64,000 bases of DNA, from IMG/VR virus record IMGVR_UViG_3300035698_029839, positions 124,001 to 188,000 of that record. One strand, given 5' to 3'. The notes under the pieces are model-generated. The model did no database searches. It worked only from the letters and a program-made list of their open reading frames with translations, and was not told the DNA's origin. A program made the position numbers and the translations under genes. Of the stretch, positions 50,850-59,532 are shown in pieces. The number at the start of each line of letters is the position of its first letter. Position 1 is the first letter of the stretch.

Positions 50850-51546
50850 AGAATTAAATTTAGATCAATTTCAAACAGGGCTAGAGTTAGAAAAAGAATT
50901 TAATAGAGTTAGCCGCTTCTATGAAGATAAAGAAATGGGATATGACGGAACAGAAAAAATTCTTAAAGAGATATTTAATCACGGCAAAACGACTGGAAAG
51001 TTTCCACAAAATGCCTGCAAATATTATATGAAAAGAAAAAACTACAATAATGATGGCACAAAAAGAACTCATTTGGGATTTGCTCTTTCCTTAAGAAAAT
51101 TTCAAAAATTAGAAAAGAAAATTGTTATTGATTTTTTAAGTTTTTGGAGAAAAAAATATTCTAATAAATTTATGGGATATAAAAAATATGGGACAGATGA
51201 AAATGGGTATATGATGATAGTTAGCCCTCAGCTTAAACAGGTTATAAAGCCAGATTATATAATACGTATAGGTAAAAAAGATTCTTTGTTAGAGGTAAAA
51301 TATTTTCCCTACAGGGCTAAGTTTAAAATAGCTAATATTAAGGGATACCTTACTTATGGTAAAGGGGGATGTTTTTTAGCATTTAGGTTAATGAACAAAA
51401 ATTATTGGACAGGAAGTATTGGAATGAAATCAATTTTAAAATTTATACCGACTCATGCGATGGGCCAACAGACAATTATTCTATCTAATGAGCAAATAAA
51501 TACATTAGTCAAAGATAAATTATTAATGGAGTTTACTAGTGCTTGA
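50839..51546 (+). CDS. putative PD-(D/E)xK nuclease
   Basis: KPDY..LLEVK. Confidence 0.5.
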   Translation: MIVEELNLDQFQTGLELEKEFNRVSRFYEDKEMGYDGTEKILKEIFNHGKTTGKFPQNACKYYMKRKNYNNDGTKRTHLGFALSLRKFQKLEKKIVIDFLSFWRKKYSNKFMGYKKYGTDENGYMMIVSPQLKQVIKPDYIIRIGKKDSLLEVKYFPYRAKFKIANIKGYLTYGKGGCFLAFRLMNKNYWTGSIGMKSILKFIPTHAMGQQTIILSNEQINTLVKDKLLMEFTSA

Positions 51547-52168
51547 TATATTAGCAAAAGAAAAAGGTTTTGTATTATCGGAAGAAAATGGTTTTGATGA
51601 TCTTGGAAGACCATGTATCGATTTATATTATATGAATTTATGTTTTGGAGTTAATCTTAGGTCTATTGATAAATCTTCGAAGTGTGGCTGTATCGCTGCT
51701 CATAAGGACGGAGCATTTTTATCATCAGGATATAATAATCCCTTAAGGGGATCGGACGATCATAATATTCCTGATGTAAGGCCAGATAAATATGCTTATA
51801 TGGAACATAGTGAAAGAAATGCTATTTATAATGCAGCAAGGCATGGTATTAAGATATATGGAAGTACCTTCTACATAACAGGGTTTCCTTGTATTGATTG
51901 TCTTAGAGGTATGGTTCAGTCTGGTGCTAAGAAGATCATATATGGGCCTTTGCAGGTTAAAATGCCCGAAATAAGGGAAGATGCTTTGTACAGCGGAGTA
52001 TTGAAGAAGCAGACTATAGTGATTAAAAGATTTGTATATGATGAGGGTTTGTTCTTTTTAAATCCCATAGCTAAATTTATGGTAGATCTGAAAAAAGAAG
52101 CTGGAATACCAGATGTAAAATTTGAGTGGAATGTCCCTCGTTTGCTAAATAATAAAAGAGGTTTTTGA
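51539..52168 (+). CDS. dCMP deaminase
   Basis: GYN, HSERNAI, PCIDC. Confidence 0.9.
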   Translation: MLDILAKEKGFVLSEENGFDDLGRPCIDLYYMNLCFGVNLRSIDKSSKCGCIAAHKDGAFLSSGYNNPLRGSDDHNIPDVRPDKYAYMEHSERNAIYNAARHGIKIYGSTFYITGFPCIDCLRGMVQSGAKKIIYGPLQVKMPEIREDALYSGVLKKQTIVIKRFVYDEGLFFLNPIAKFMVDLKKEAGIPDVKFEWNVPRLLNNKRGF

Positions 52169-52483
52169 TTCGCTAATTTTAATATATATGAATAACATAT
52201 TCATAAAAGGAGATTTGTTTAGCGATGACCTGAACAAATCTTTTTGTTTTAATATGTCATTATTGAAAGAATTTCTTATGACTTCTTTATCAAAAGGTTT
52301 ATTTTTTGCGAGATGGATGAGAATTTACTTAAAATCAAGAAAAGAAAAAAAACAAAGAAAAAGCACAGCCTATTATGAAAGACAGTGGGATAAGAAACTA
52401 AGAGGTTTGAAATAAAAGCAGGATTTTTGCAGGAAAAATACGATGTAATATATAGAAATGTTTAAAGGAGCAATAGAATTAAT

Positions 52484-52861
52484 ATGATAGATGAAAGATT
52501 TCCACCAGAACCAACTACACACAATCCTATAAGTATGAGGATACTAGGACTTGCAAAAACTCCATCAGCATGGGCCCAAATAGCTAGAAGAGCAGAAAAA
52601 GCAAATAAGTTCGGAGATGCTTATTATTACTGGAATGCAGGGGCAACTGCCTATACAAGAAGTTCAGAAAAAAGAGTAGTATATGAAGGATTTAGAGATA
52701 AATGTCTTGAAGTATGGAGAAAAGATAATAAATCATGCGAAGAAGAACATACTCCTAACTCCTTGACTAAAAAGGCATTAGAAGAAACAGATAAGAATAT
52801 AGACTGCTTATGGGTTGATAGTGTGGAAGAATTATTCGAAGAATTAGAAAAAGATGATTGA
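52484..52861 (+). CDS. protein with RelB/DinJ-like antitoxin C-terminus
   Basis: PNSLTKKALEE...DSVEELFEEL. Confidence 0.5.
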   Translation: MIDERFPPEPTTHNPISMRILGLAKTPSAWAQIARRAEKANKFGDAYYYWNAGATAYTRSSEKRVVYEGFRDKCLEVWRKDNKSCEEEHTPNSLTKKALEETDKNIDCLWVDSVEELFEELEKDD

Positions 52862-52885
52862 CAGAGTATAATTTTTTGGTATAAT
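52858..52885 (+). promoter_or_regulatory. consensus sigma70 promoter for the RNA cluster
   Basis: TTGACA-16nt-TATAAT with TG extension. Confidence 0.85.
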
Positions 52886-52895
52886 ACTGTTTGAA

Positions 52896-53164
52896 ATATT
52901 AATATGTTAGATGCATGGTGTGAAAATGTTGAGAGGCGACATGCCGAAACCACATGAAAAACTTTGAATCCGTTATTAGCTGAAAGGTGAGGTCAAGAAG
53001 TTTAATAGAAGGTGGGTATAAAAAATTATCCGAGGATATCGAGGGCCTTTGGAAGCCAAACGCGTAGGTAAGCCATAAATCGTAGCAAGTAACGGAGAGT
53101 TATATTTTACTTGACTTTGACTCAATGAGAGATAACAAGCCAATCTTGTCTGATATATTAATGT
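52896..53164 (+). ncRNA. unidentified structured RNA 1
   Basis: 17-bp closing stem, internal helices, no ORF. Confidence 0.65.
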
Positions 53165-53184
53165 TATTGTTCTTTAAAAATATA

Positions 53185-53309
53185 GTAGCAGTGGCGTGGA
53201 AGTCTGACAAAACCGTTTGCCAAAACGTATCTCGGGGATAATATTTGGCGAGTATATATAGGCATATATATCAGTTAAAGAGTTAGTTGCAAACCAAATT
53301 GCCTGCTAT
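53185..53309 (+). ncRNA. unidentified structured RNA 2 (tRNA-like ends)
   Basis: GTAGCAG/CTGCTAT stem, TGGCG start, internal hairpins. Confidence 0.5.
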
Positions 53310-53329
53310 TGTTCTTTAAAAATTTAAAA

Positions 53330-53679
53330 GGGGATAAACTGGTTATCGATTCTTACGGTAGAGAGTTGAATGGCGTGTACGAGATGGTAGTCGGCTCGTT
53401 TAAAAATCTACTAACAATTTATAACTGACACTAGTTATGCAAAAGCTGCTTAAGCTAAATTAAGCTGTTTGTTCCAGATTCCTGTTATGGAAACAAGCAC
53501 GAAAACAGGATGGTTGATTATCTTTTTTCTCAAGAGGATATGATGCGAGATTAATTTGAGATAGAAATGAAGAACCTTGTTAATTAGGGTCGGATTTTTG
53601 AATTTTAAATAATTAACTACGCACGTAGAAGTTTAATTTAAAAGTAAAGAAGACGCGAGTTCGAATCTCGCTATCTCCA
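53330..53679 (+). ncRNA. ssrA: tmRNA, tag (A)DTSYAKAA
   Basis: GGGGATA/TATCTCC-A acceptor with G3-U; T-arm GCGAG-TTCGAAT-CTCGC; ATAACT then tag ORF 53427-53453 ending Ala-Ala-stop. Confidence 0.93.
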
Positions 53680-53702
53680 TTATTTTAAAAAGGAAAGAAA
53701 AA

Positions 53703-53837
53703 ATGAATAAAGATAAAGAAACATTACAACTTGTTGTTAAAGATCCAGCTTTTATAAAATTGCTGAAAGAATCTGTTGAAGAAATAAAGAATGATGATGT
53801 TATTCCTGTAGATAAAAATTATTTTAGAGAGGAATAA
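53703..53837 (+). CDS. 44-aa peptide resembling the YefM/Phd antitoxin C-terminus
   Basis: ETLQLVVKDPAFIKLLKESVEEI; AAGGA SD; stop overlaps next ATG. Confidence 0.45.
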   Translation: MNKDKETLQLVVKDPAFIKLLKESVEEIKNDDVIPVDKNYFREE

Positions 53838-54160
53838 TGATGCAAGAAATGATTTTTGGGGTCGGACATAATCCGATGGCAGAGGATTTTGAAGAAGGAG
53901 AAGATGATTCAGATGTTTCATCATTTGTTGTCTATGTATCTGATAAAAAGACGTGGGAAGAGAAACATTGCTGTAATGATACGATAGAGCAAGAAGTCCG
54001 TGATGAATTGGAATATATTGGTTTTCTTGAATTTGAAGAAGCTATGTTTGAACCGAATGATCAGAGTATTAGTCGAGAGAGCATGATGCAGAAGATGATA
54101 GATTTAGGATTTTTGCATGATCCTGATTTTGAAAAATTTATGGCAAGTGCAACCGAATAA
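53837..54160 (+). CDS. acidic hypothetical protein
   Basis: GAGG SD; very acidic. Confidence 0.55.
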   Translation: MMQEMIFGVGHNPMAEDFEEGEDDSDVSSFVVYVSDKKTWEEKHCCNDTIEQEVRDELEYIGFLEFEEAMFEPNDQSISRESMMQKMIDLGFLHDPDFEKFMASATE

Positions 54161-54239
54161 TTAAAATTTATTAATCTTTTTAAAGAATCTATTAAAGAAA
54201 TAAGGAATGATGATGTTATTTTCGTAGAGGAAAACTATT

Positions 54240-54503
54240 ATGGAAGACAAACCAATAGATAAACCTTTTAGTGAAGAGGATCTACAAAAAGCAAAAAAAC
54301 TTGCTAGAGATTCTCATATCGTTCTTGAAGGAGATCAAAAATCAGGATTCATTGGGACTTGTGCAGAAATGCCCACAGTGATGAACGATGGAGAAACAGA
54401 CGAAGAGTGTATAGAGAAGACAAGAGAATCCATTCAAGTAGCAATAGCTTTTATGCTTGAAGAAGGAATGAAAATACCTAAACCAAATTCACGGAAAAAA
54501 TAA
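54240..54503 (+). CDS. HicB-like antitoxin domain
   Basis: GFIGTCAEMP....GET.EE......E.I......G..IP.P. Confidence 0.8.
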   Translation: MEDKPIDKPFSEEDLQKAKKLARDSHIVLEGDQKSGFIGTCAEMPTVMNDGETDEECIEKTRESIQVAIAFMLEEGMKIPKPNSRKK

Positions 54504-55009
54504 ATTGATTATGATTAAGGTTAATGTTTTATATAATTTCTACTATCGTAGATTAAGGAGTTGTGATGTCTTATAGGTTTTAGTAAATTAAAATTTTATT
54601 AGGAGATCATAACATGAGTAAAACTTGTAGAAGATCTATGATGTACATGGATTGTAATTGTGGAGCGCTAGTTCGTCCTCGTCAGAGCTGGAACAATGGC
54701 AAATGGTGCGGAAGTGTTCAGGAAGAGATTAATATCTCAAAAAGAAGAGAAAGTCCACCAGATAGAGAATGTCGTTGCGAACAAAAAATAGATTATTATT
54801 CCAAAAGAAATAGTAAAAGAGATCGTAAGAATCCATGGAGACCTGATAAAGCTTTTAAAGATGTTAGTAGAAAACTTTTTAAAGCACAAGTAAGAAATGC
54901 AATGAACCAAAGAAGATACGATTGCATGCCTATTATTAAAAAAACTAATATCTGGGATTGGAATTAAATGATAAATGTCGAGATAGTAACCTAGTATTTC
55001 CTTTCATGG

Positions 55010-55050
55010 AACCTCTCATTTTTAGTAATTGCGAAATGAGAGGTTTTTTT
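55010..55050 (+). terminator. intrinsic terminator
   Basis: AACCTCTCATTT/AAATGAGAGGTT plus T-run. Confidence 0.75.
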
Positions 55051-55062
55051 CGCAGAAAATAC

Positions 55063-55090
55063 TTGAAAGTGAAAGTGTGTATGGTATAAT
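55063..55090 (+). promoter_or_regulatory. sigma70-type promoter with AGTGAAA box
   Basis: TTGAAA-16nt-TATAAT. Confidence 0.75.
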
Positions 55091-55109
55091 GCTTTCGAAA
55101 GTTATTAAG

Positions 55110-55661
55110 ATGAAGAATATCCAATTAACAGAGAAACAACAAAAATTAATTACAGATAACTATAGGTTATTATGGAGTTTCATACATAAGACTATTGAGA
55201 ACGGAGAGGTTCCTAAGCATTTAGAAGATGATTTTATTAGCGATATGTTTTTTAAGTTTTGTTTGTCAGCCTTAAAATTTAGTGAGGAATCAGGTTTTAA
55301 ATTTTCTACTTATGCGTATGGAGGTTTTAAATTCGGACTTCATAATATTTTAATGTATAAAAAAAACAAGTTTGGAAGATTATATTATTTTGAAAATATT
55401 GATGAGTACAAATTAAAATATAAAAAAATAGATAAATTAGAAAGTGATTCTTTACATAAATTTATTGATGATGTAGATTTAGATCAAAGAGATAAGTCTA
55501 TAATAAAAGATTATTCTTATGAAGGATTGACTTTTAAAGATATAGGACAAAAACTCAATATGAGTGCTGAGGCTGTTCGGATGAGATTTAAAAAATCTTT
55601 GAAAAAAATTAAGCGTGTTGCTAGTCTAAAAAGATTGAAGTTTGAAGATTTTTATAAATAA
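55110..55661 (+). CDS. sigma70-family factor
   Basis: KFSTYAY region 2; TFKDIGQKLNMSAEAVR region 4; start moved downstream of promoter. Confidence 0.8.
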   Translation: MKNIQLTEKQQKLITDNYRLLWSFIHKTIENGEVPKHLEDDFISDMFFKFCLSALKFSEESGFKFSTYAYGGFKFGLHNILMYKKNKFGRLYYFENIDEYKLKYKKIDKLESDSLHKFIDDVDLDQRDKSIIKDYSYEGLTFKDIGQKLNMSAEAVRMRFKKSLKKIKRVASLKRLKFEDFYK

Positions 55662-55674
55662 GTGAAGGAACAAA

Positions 55675-56247
55675 ATGAAGCAAAAAATACTTAAATCAGA
55701 GAAGATAACAGATCAGTTGTGGATCAACCTGTTCAAAGTCAAGTACCTCAACTCCAAAGATAAAGTATGTAATTGGATTTTTGCGTCCAGAAAAAAAGAT
55801 CCATTTAAAGATAAAAAGGTAGATGCGGTAGTTATTGTTGCTACCGTTGATACTCCTGAAGGACGAAAATTAGCAGTAACAAAAGAGTATCGAGCACCAA
55901 TTCATGATTATGAATATGGATTTCCTGCTGGTCTAATAGATGAAGGAATGACAATAGACGAAACGGTAGAGAAAGAATTAAAAGAAGAAACAGGCTTAGA
56001 TCTGATTAGGATTATAGATAAGAGCGGCTCTGTGTATTCTTCTGCTGGGCTATCTGATGAAGCAGTAGTTATAGTATTTGTAGAAGCAAAAGGAGAAATT
56101 AGCGTAAAACATCAAGAAGACACTGAAGATATAGAAATTTTTCTTTATGATATAAATGATATTAATGATTTATTAACCTCTAATAAAAAAATAGGGGCAA
56201 AAGGTTGGGGTGTTTTGTATTATTATTCTAAAATAGGTAAAATATAA
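55675..56247 (+). CDS. Nudix hydrolase (ADP-ribose pyrophosphatase-like)
   Basis: PAGLIDEG.......KELKEETG, SSAGLSDE. Confidence 0.9.
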   Translation: MKQKILKSEKITDQLWINLFKVKYLNSKDKVCNWIFASRKKDPFKDKKVDAVVIVATVDTPEGRKLAVTKEYRAPIHDYEYGFPAGLIDEGMTIDETVEKELKEETGLDLIRIIDKSGSVYSSAGLSDEAVVIVFVEAKGEISVKHQEDTEDIEIFLYDINDINDLLTSNKKIGAKGWGVLYYYSKIGKI

Positions 56248-56969
56248 TGAAGGAAGATAGACAAGATGTTAAATACACTTTTGAACAGGTGGAAAATATA
56301 CTGTACAAACAAGCTCATAAAGTTCATGAAGTATGGCCTAATAAATATGAAGTAGATGAATTAGTTAATGAAGTATGGCTCAAAGGTGATATACAAAAAC
56401 TCAATAATATTAAATTTGTCTCTAGTAGAGCATATTGGGATATGATAGATTATATAAGAATTTCTGAAGGTAGAGATTTGATTAGAAAAAGTGGAATAAT
56501 TAAAAGACCTAAATATATAAACAATATGCATGATATTCTGCACGATAGGGAAAGCTCTAGCAGAAAAGGTTATGATTTTTTTGACGATATAGAATCAAAA
56601 GAACAAGATATTTCAAAATTTATTGATAATAAAGATGAAATTGATTATTTGCTTAAATGCTTGCCTAAGAAAAAACGTATAATACTAGAAAAATATTTTT
56701 TAGAAGGTATGAGTCTGACAGAAGTAGGAGAAATATTGGGGCTTAAAGATGTAACTGTTTGCAATTTTAAAAGAATGGCTATAGAAAGAATTAGAAAATA
56801 TAATAATATTAAGCCGATAAATTCAAAGATATTGAGAATTATTAATACTCCTAAAAAACAAGTTCTTCCTTTAGAAGAAGTTTTACCAGAATATGTAGTC
56901 GATTATGAAATAGATAATGAATGCGCATTAGAAGAAGATATAGACCTGATAGAGAAAACTTTATTATAG
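56247..56969 (+). CDS. sigma70-family factor (FliA/ECF-like)
   Basis: DELVNE, MIDYIR, LP......MSLTEVGEILG....V. Confidence 0.75.
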   Translation: MKEDRQDVKYTFEQVENILYKQAHKVHEVWPNKYEVDELVNEVWLKGDIQKLNNIKFVSSRAYWDMIDYIRISEGRDLIRKSGIIKRPKYINNMHDILHDRESSSRKGYDFFDDIESKEQDISKFIDNKDEIDYLLKCLPKKKRIILEKYFLEGMSLTEVGEILGLKDVTVCNFKRMAIERIRKYNNIKPINSKILRIINTPKKQVLPLEEVLPEYVVDYEIDNECALEEDIDLIEKTLL

Positions 56970-57184
56970 AATAGGAGTTATTATGTTTGAAACAATTTTA
57001 TTAATTATTATTGGTGTAATTTTATTTATGTTTGTCGTGTCATTAATGTTAAGTCTTAGTCCAGATTTTTTACTATGGGGAGCAGGAAAAGATAATCCTA
57101 AATGGAAAGAAGAATATGACAAACACCTTTCTGATTTTTTAAGGTTAAAACGTCAAGGTAATTCTACTGATTGGGGAGTGTAAA

Positions 57185-57457
57185 ATACCTACTTACGATT
57201 ATAAATGTGCTTCTTGTAACCATAAATTTGAACTTATGCAGGGCATAAATGACCTTGTTAAGAAGAAGTGCCCTAAGTGCAAAAAGATGAAACTACAAAG
57301 ATTAATAGGTTCGGGTTCAGCAGTGCTTTTTAAAGGACCTGGATTCTATGCTACTGATTACAGATCTGAAAATTATAAAAAGAGCACAGAGAAAAAGCCC
57401 GTTTTTAGTAATAAAACAATTAAAAAAGGACCTGCTAAAACACAAAGAGAACAGTGA
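57185..57457 (+). CDS. FmdB-family zinc ribbon protein, apparent ATA start
   Basis: PTYDYKCASCNHKFE..CPKC..FKGPGFYATDY. Confidence 0.75.
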   Translation: MPTYDYKCASCNHKFELMQGINDLVKKKCPKCKKMKLQRLIGSGSAVLFKGPGFYATDYRSENYKKSTEKKPVFSNKTIKKGPAKTQREQ

Positions 57458-57545
57458 AAGTGATAAAGTTGTATTTCTTATTGTGATTTTATGTAATCTG
57501 TAAGTCTTTTTCAAATAAGGAGTTAAAATTTTTTATATTTTCTTC

Positions 57546-57573
57546 TTGCAAATAATAGAAATAATTGTATAAT
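57546..57573 (+). promoter_or_regulatory. sigma70-type promoter for the PspA module
   Basis: TTGCAA-16nt-TATAAT. Confidence 0.65.
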
Positions 57574-57624
57574 TACTCTAATGTAAAAATCATATTTTAA
57601 TACTTTAGTTACGGAGATTCAAAA

Positions 57625-58293
57625 ATGAAGAAATGGAAAAGAATTACAATGGCGGCTGTAATGGCATTAGTATTGATGTTTATTTCAGTCGGTGAAGTAG
57701 AAGCAAGAAGAGGTGGTGGGGGTGGTTTTCGAAGTAGCAGTAGACCAAGCAGTAGACCAAGCAGTAGACCAAGCAGAAAATCAACTGCAAAGAAAACAAC
57801 TGCGAAAAAGAGAGCTGCAGCCAAAAGAACAGCTACTGCTCCTAAAAGAACAGCAACACAACAAAAGTCATTTGAGACAGCAAAAAAGAATGGCACAGCT
57901 TATAATAGTAAAACTGCTGCCGTTTCAGCATTCAAAACGAAGAATGCATCAACCTATACTTCTAAGTACACAACGAAACCAACAACTAGGCCTTCTCATG
58001 TTCCGCAGACAACAATGGTAGCAGGTAAAAGTTGTAATGTTTCCTACAATTCTACTATGGGGGGATATGGTTATACAAATTCTTTGGGAACTTGGATGTT
58101 GTATGATGCTATGACAGATGCGGTTATGACGAATAGTCTTATGAGGCGTAATAACTATTACTATGATACATCCCCCGTTGCTATTGCTCGTGCTCCATTT
58201 GGTTATAGTATTATCAAAGTTATTTTCTACCTCGTGATTCTTGTCGTTATTTTTATTGTTGTTGTTGCTCTGTTTAAATCACAGGGAAAGTAA
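57625..58293 (+). CDS. exported Gly/Ser/Lys-rich protein with C-terminal TM helix
   Basis: Signal peptide VEA-RRGGGGGF, SSRP repeats, hydrophobic tail. Confidence 0.7.
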   Translation: MKKWKRITMAAVMALVLMFISVGEVEARRGGGGGFRSSSRPSSRPSSRPSRKSTAKKTTAKKRAAAKRTATAPKRTATQQKSFETAKKNGTAYNSKTAAVSAFKTKNASTYTSKYTTKPTTRPSHVPQTTMVAGKSCNVSYNSTMGGYGYTNSLGTWMLYDAMTDAVMTNSLMRRNNYYYDTSPVAIARAPFGYSIIKVIFYLVILVVIFIVVVALFKSQGK

Positions 58294-58296
58294 CAA

Positions 58297-59004
58297 ATGG
58301 ATACAACTGACAAAGAAAAATTAGCTTATTGGGAAGATGTCCAAGTAGGAGATTTAATACAACTTTCTGATGAACAGACTATCTCTTATTTGATGGAAAA
58401 CCTTTGTAAGAATATAGATCACGGAGCAGATTTCGAAGTTAAAAGAATACGAAAAATTACTGCTCAGAATAGTTCTGCTCTTTGGTTTCTATTCGATATC
58501 TCTTTTTCCAATTTTATGTGGTTCGTAGTTGTGAAATCTATGGATATCAATCTTGACATAAAAGTTTATTATGCTCCTGATGATTTTGAAACAGGAAATC
58601 GTCAGGATATGATGGACAGTGATTCTCTGTGGCTTTTTGAAAGTCGAGATAATATCGACAGTTCTATTCTTCCTCAACTTGGTTTTGCATCTCAAATTGA
58701 GGAAGGAGAAGATACCGTTTATTGTACAAATGGTTCAGAGTTCGGAGAATGTAAAGAAGGTGATGAAAGATCATTTGCTACAATTACCGAATATATCACG
58801 GAATCAGATGTAGAAAATCCTGAGCTAATGATTGTTGAATTCAATAATGTGGAAGAGTTGTCTGATTCAGAAGAAGATGAAACAGATGATGAGACAGCAG
58901 AACATTCAACAATTCTGGGTGTTAATGTAGACGAAGAAAATAGTTTTATTATTTTTCTCCAAGGTTGTAAAGTAAATCCGAATGATATTAAATTGTTGAA
59001 GTAA
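58297..59004 (+). CDS. acidic protein, YjfK/DUF4178-like by context
   Basis: VGD start, G..V...DI end; position in PspA module. Confidence 0.4.
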   Translation: MDTTDKEKLAYWEDVQVGDLIQLSDEQTISYLMENLCKNIDHGADFEVKRIRKITAQNSSALWFLFDISFSNFMWFVVVKSMDINLDIKVYYAPDDFETGNRQDMMDSDSLWLFESRDNIDSSILPQLGFASQIEEGEDTVYCTNGSEFGECKEGDERSFATITEYITESDVENPELMIVEFNNVEELSDSEEDETDDETAEHSTILGVNVDEENSFIIFLQGCKVNPNDIKLLK

Positions 59005-59041
59005 AAATATTAATGTATTAACGAATTTTAGGAGTTATGTT

Positions 59042-59494
59042 GTGAATGATATTAAAACACTAGTAGATGTAGAACGTATTCTTGCAGAGCAGGGATATAA
59101 GCCACAACTGAATGAGAACAGTGTTGCTGTTCCAGTAGGTAGTGAGAGTGCCCCATTCCCATGTATTATCCTTATGGATGAAACAAATTTGACTATCAGT
59201 TGTGAGATTACAACTTGGGGTCAGATGACAAGCAAAATTACTGATGAGATGAAAGAAGATTTCTTTTTGAGTCTTCTGGATATGAACTCACAAACTCTTC
59301 CTTATGCTTTCAGTGTCCTAACTGATATTGATGGAGAAGGGGATGATAGAGAATCATGGCCTGTCGTGTTGATCGATAGTTTGGCAGTTGGAGATATCTC
59401 ACAGGACGAACTTCTTTCTTCTATGAGAAGTTTGAGTGCGGCTCTTTTAACGGCAAAAAATTTATTCGATGTTAGTCTTGTCGAATCTTTGTAA
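59042..59494 (+). CDS. YjfI/T3SS-chaperone-fold protein
   Basis: LL.MN...P..F, L...L...EL pattern; upstream of PspA. Confidence 0.55.
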   Translation: MNDIKTLVDVERILAEQGYKPQLNENSVAVPVGSESAPFPCIILMDETNLTISCEITTWGQMTSKITDEMKEDFFLSLLDMNSQTLPYAFSVLTDIDGEGDDRESWPVVLIDSLAVGDISQDELLSSMRSLSAALLTAKNLFDVSLVESL

Positions 59495-59532
59495 ACAATA
59501 ACTAATTAATAAGTAAGTAGGAGTGTTAAATT

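Noticed and set aside
52896-53164. RNase P RNA
   Set aside because: GGTAAGCC...AGCAAG is suggestive, but the GAGGAAAGTCC and ACAGAA..CGGCTTA P4 elements are absent.
57736-57777. 12-bp AGCAGTAGACCA repeat as a regulatory element
   Set aside because: In-frame coding repeat (SSRP) in a low-complexity linker.
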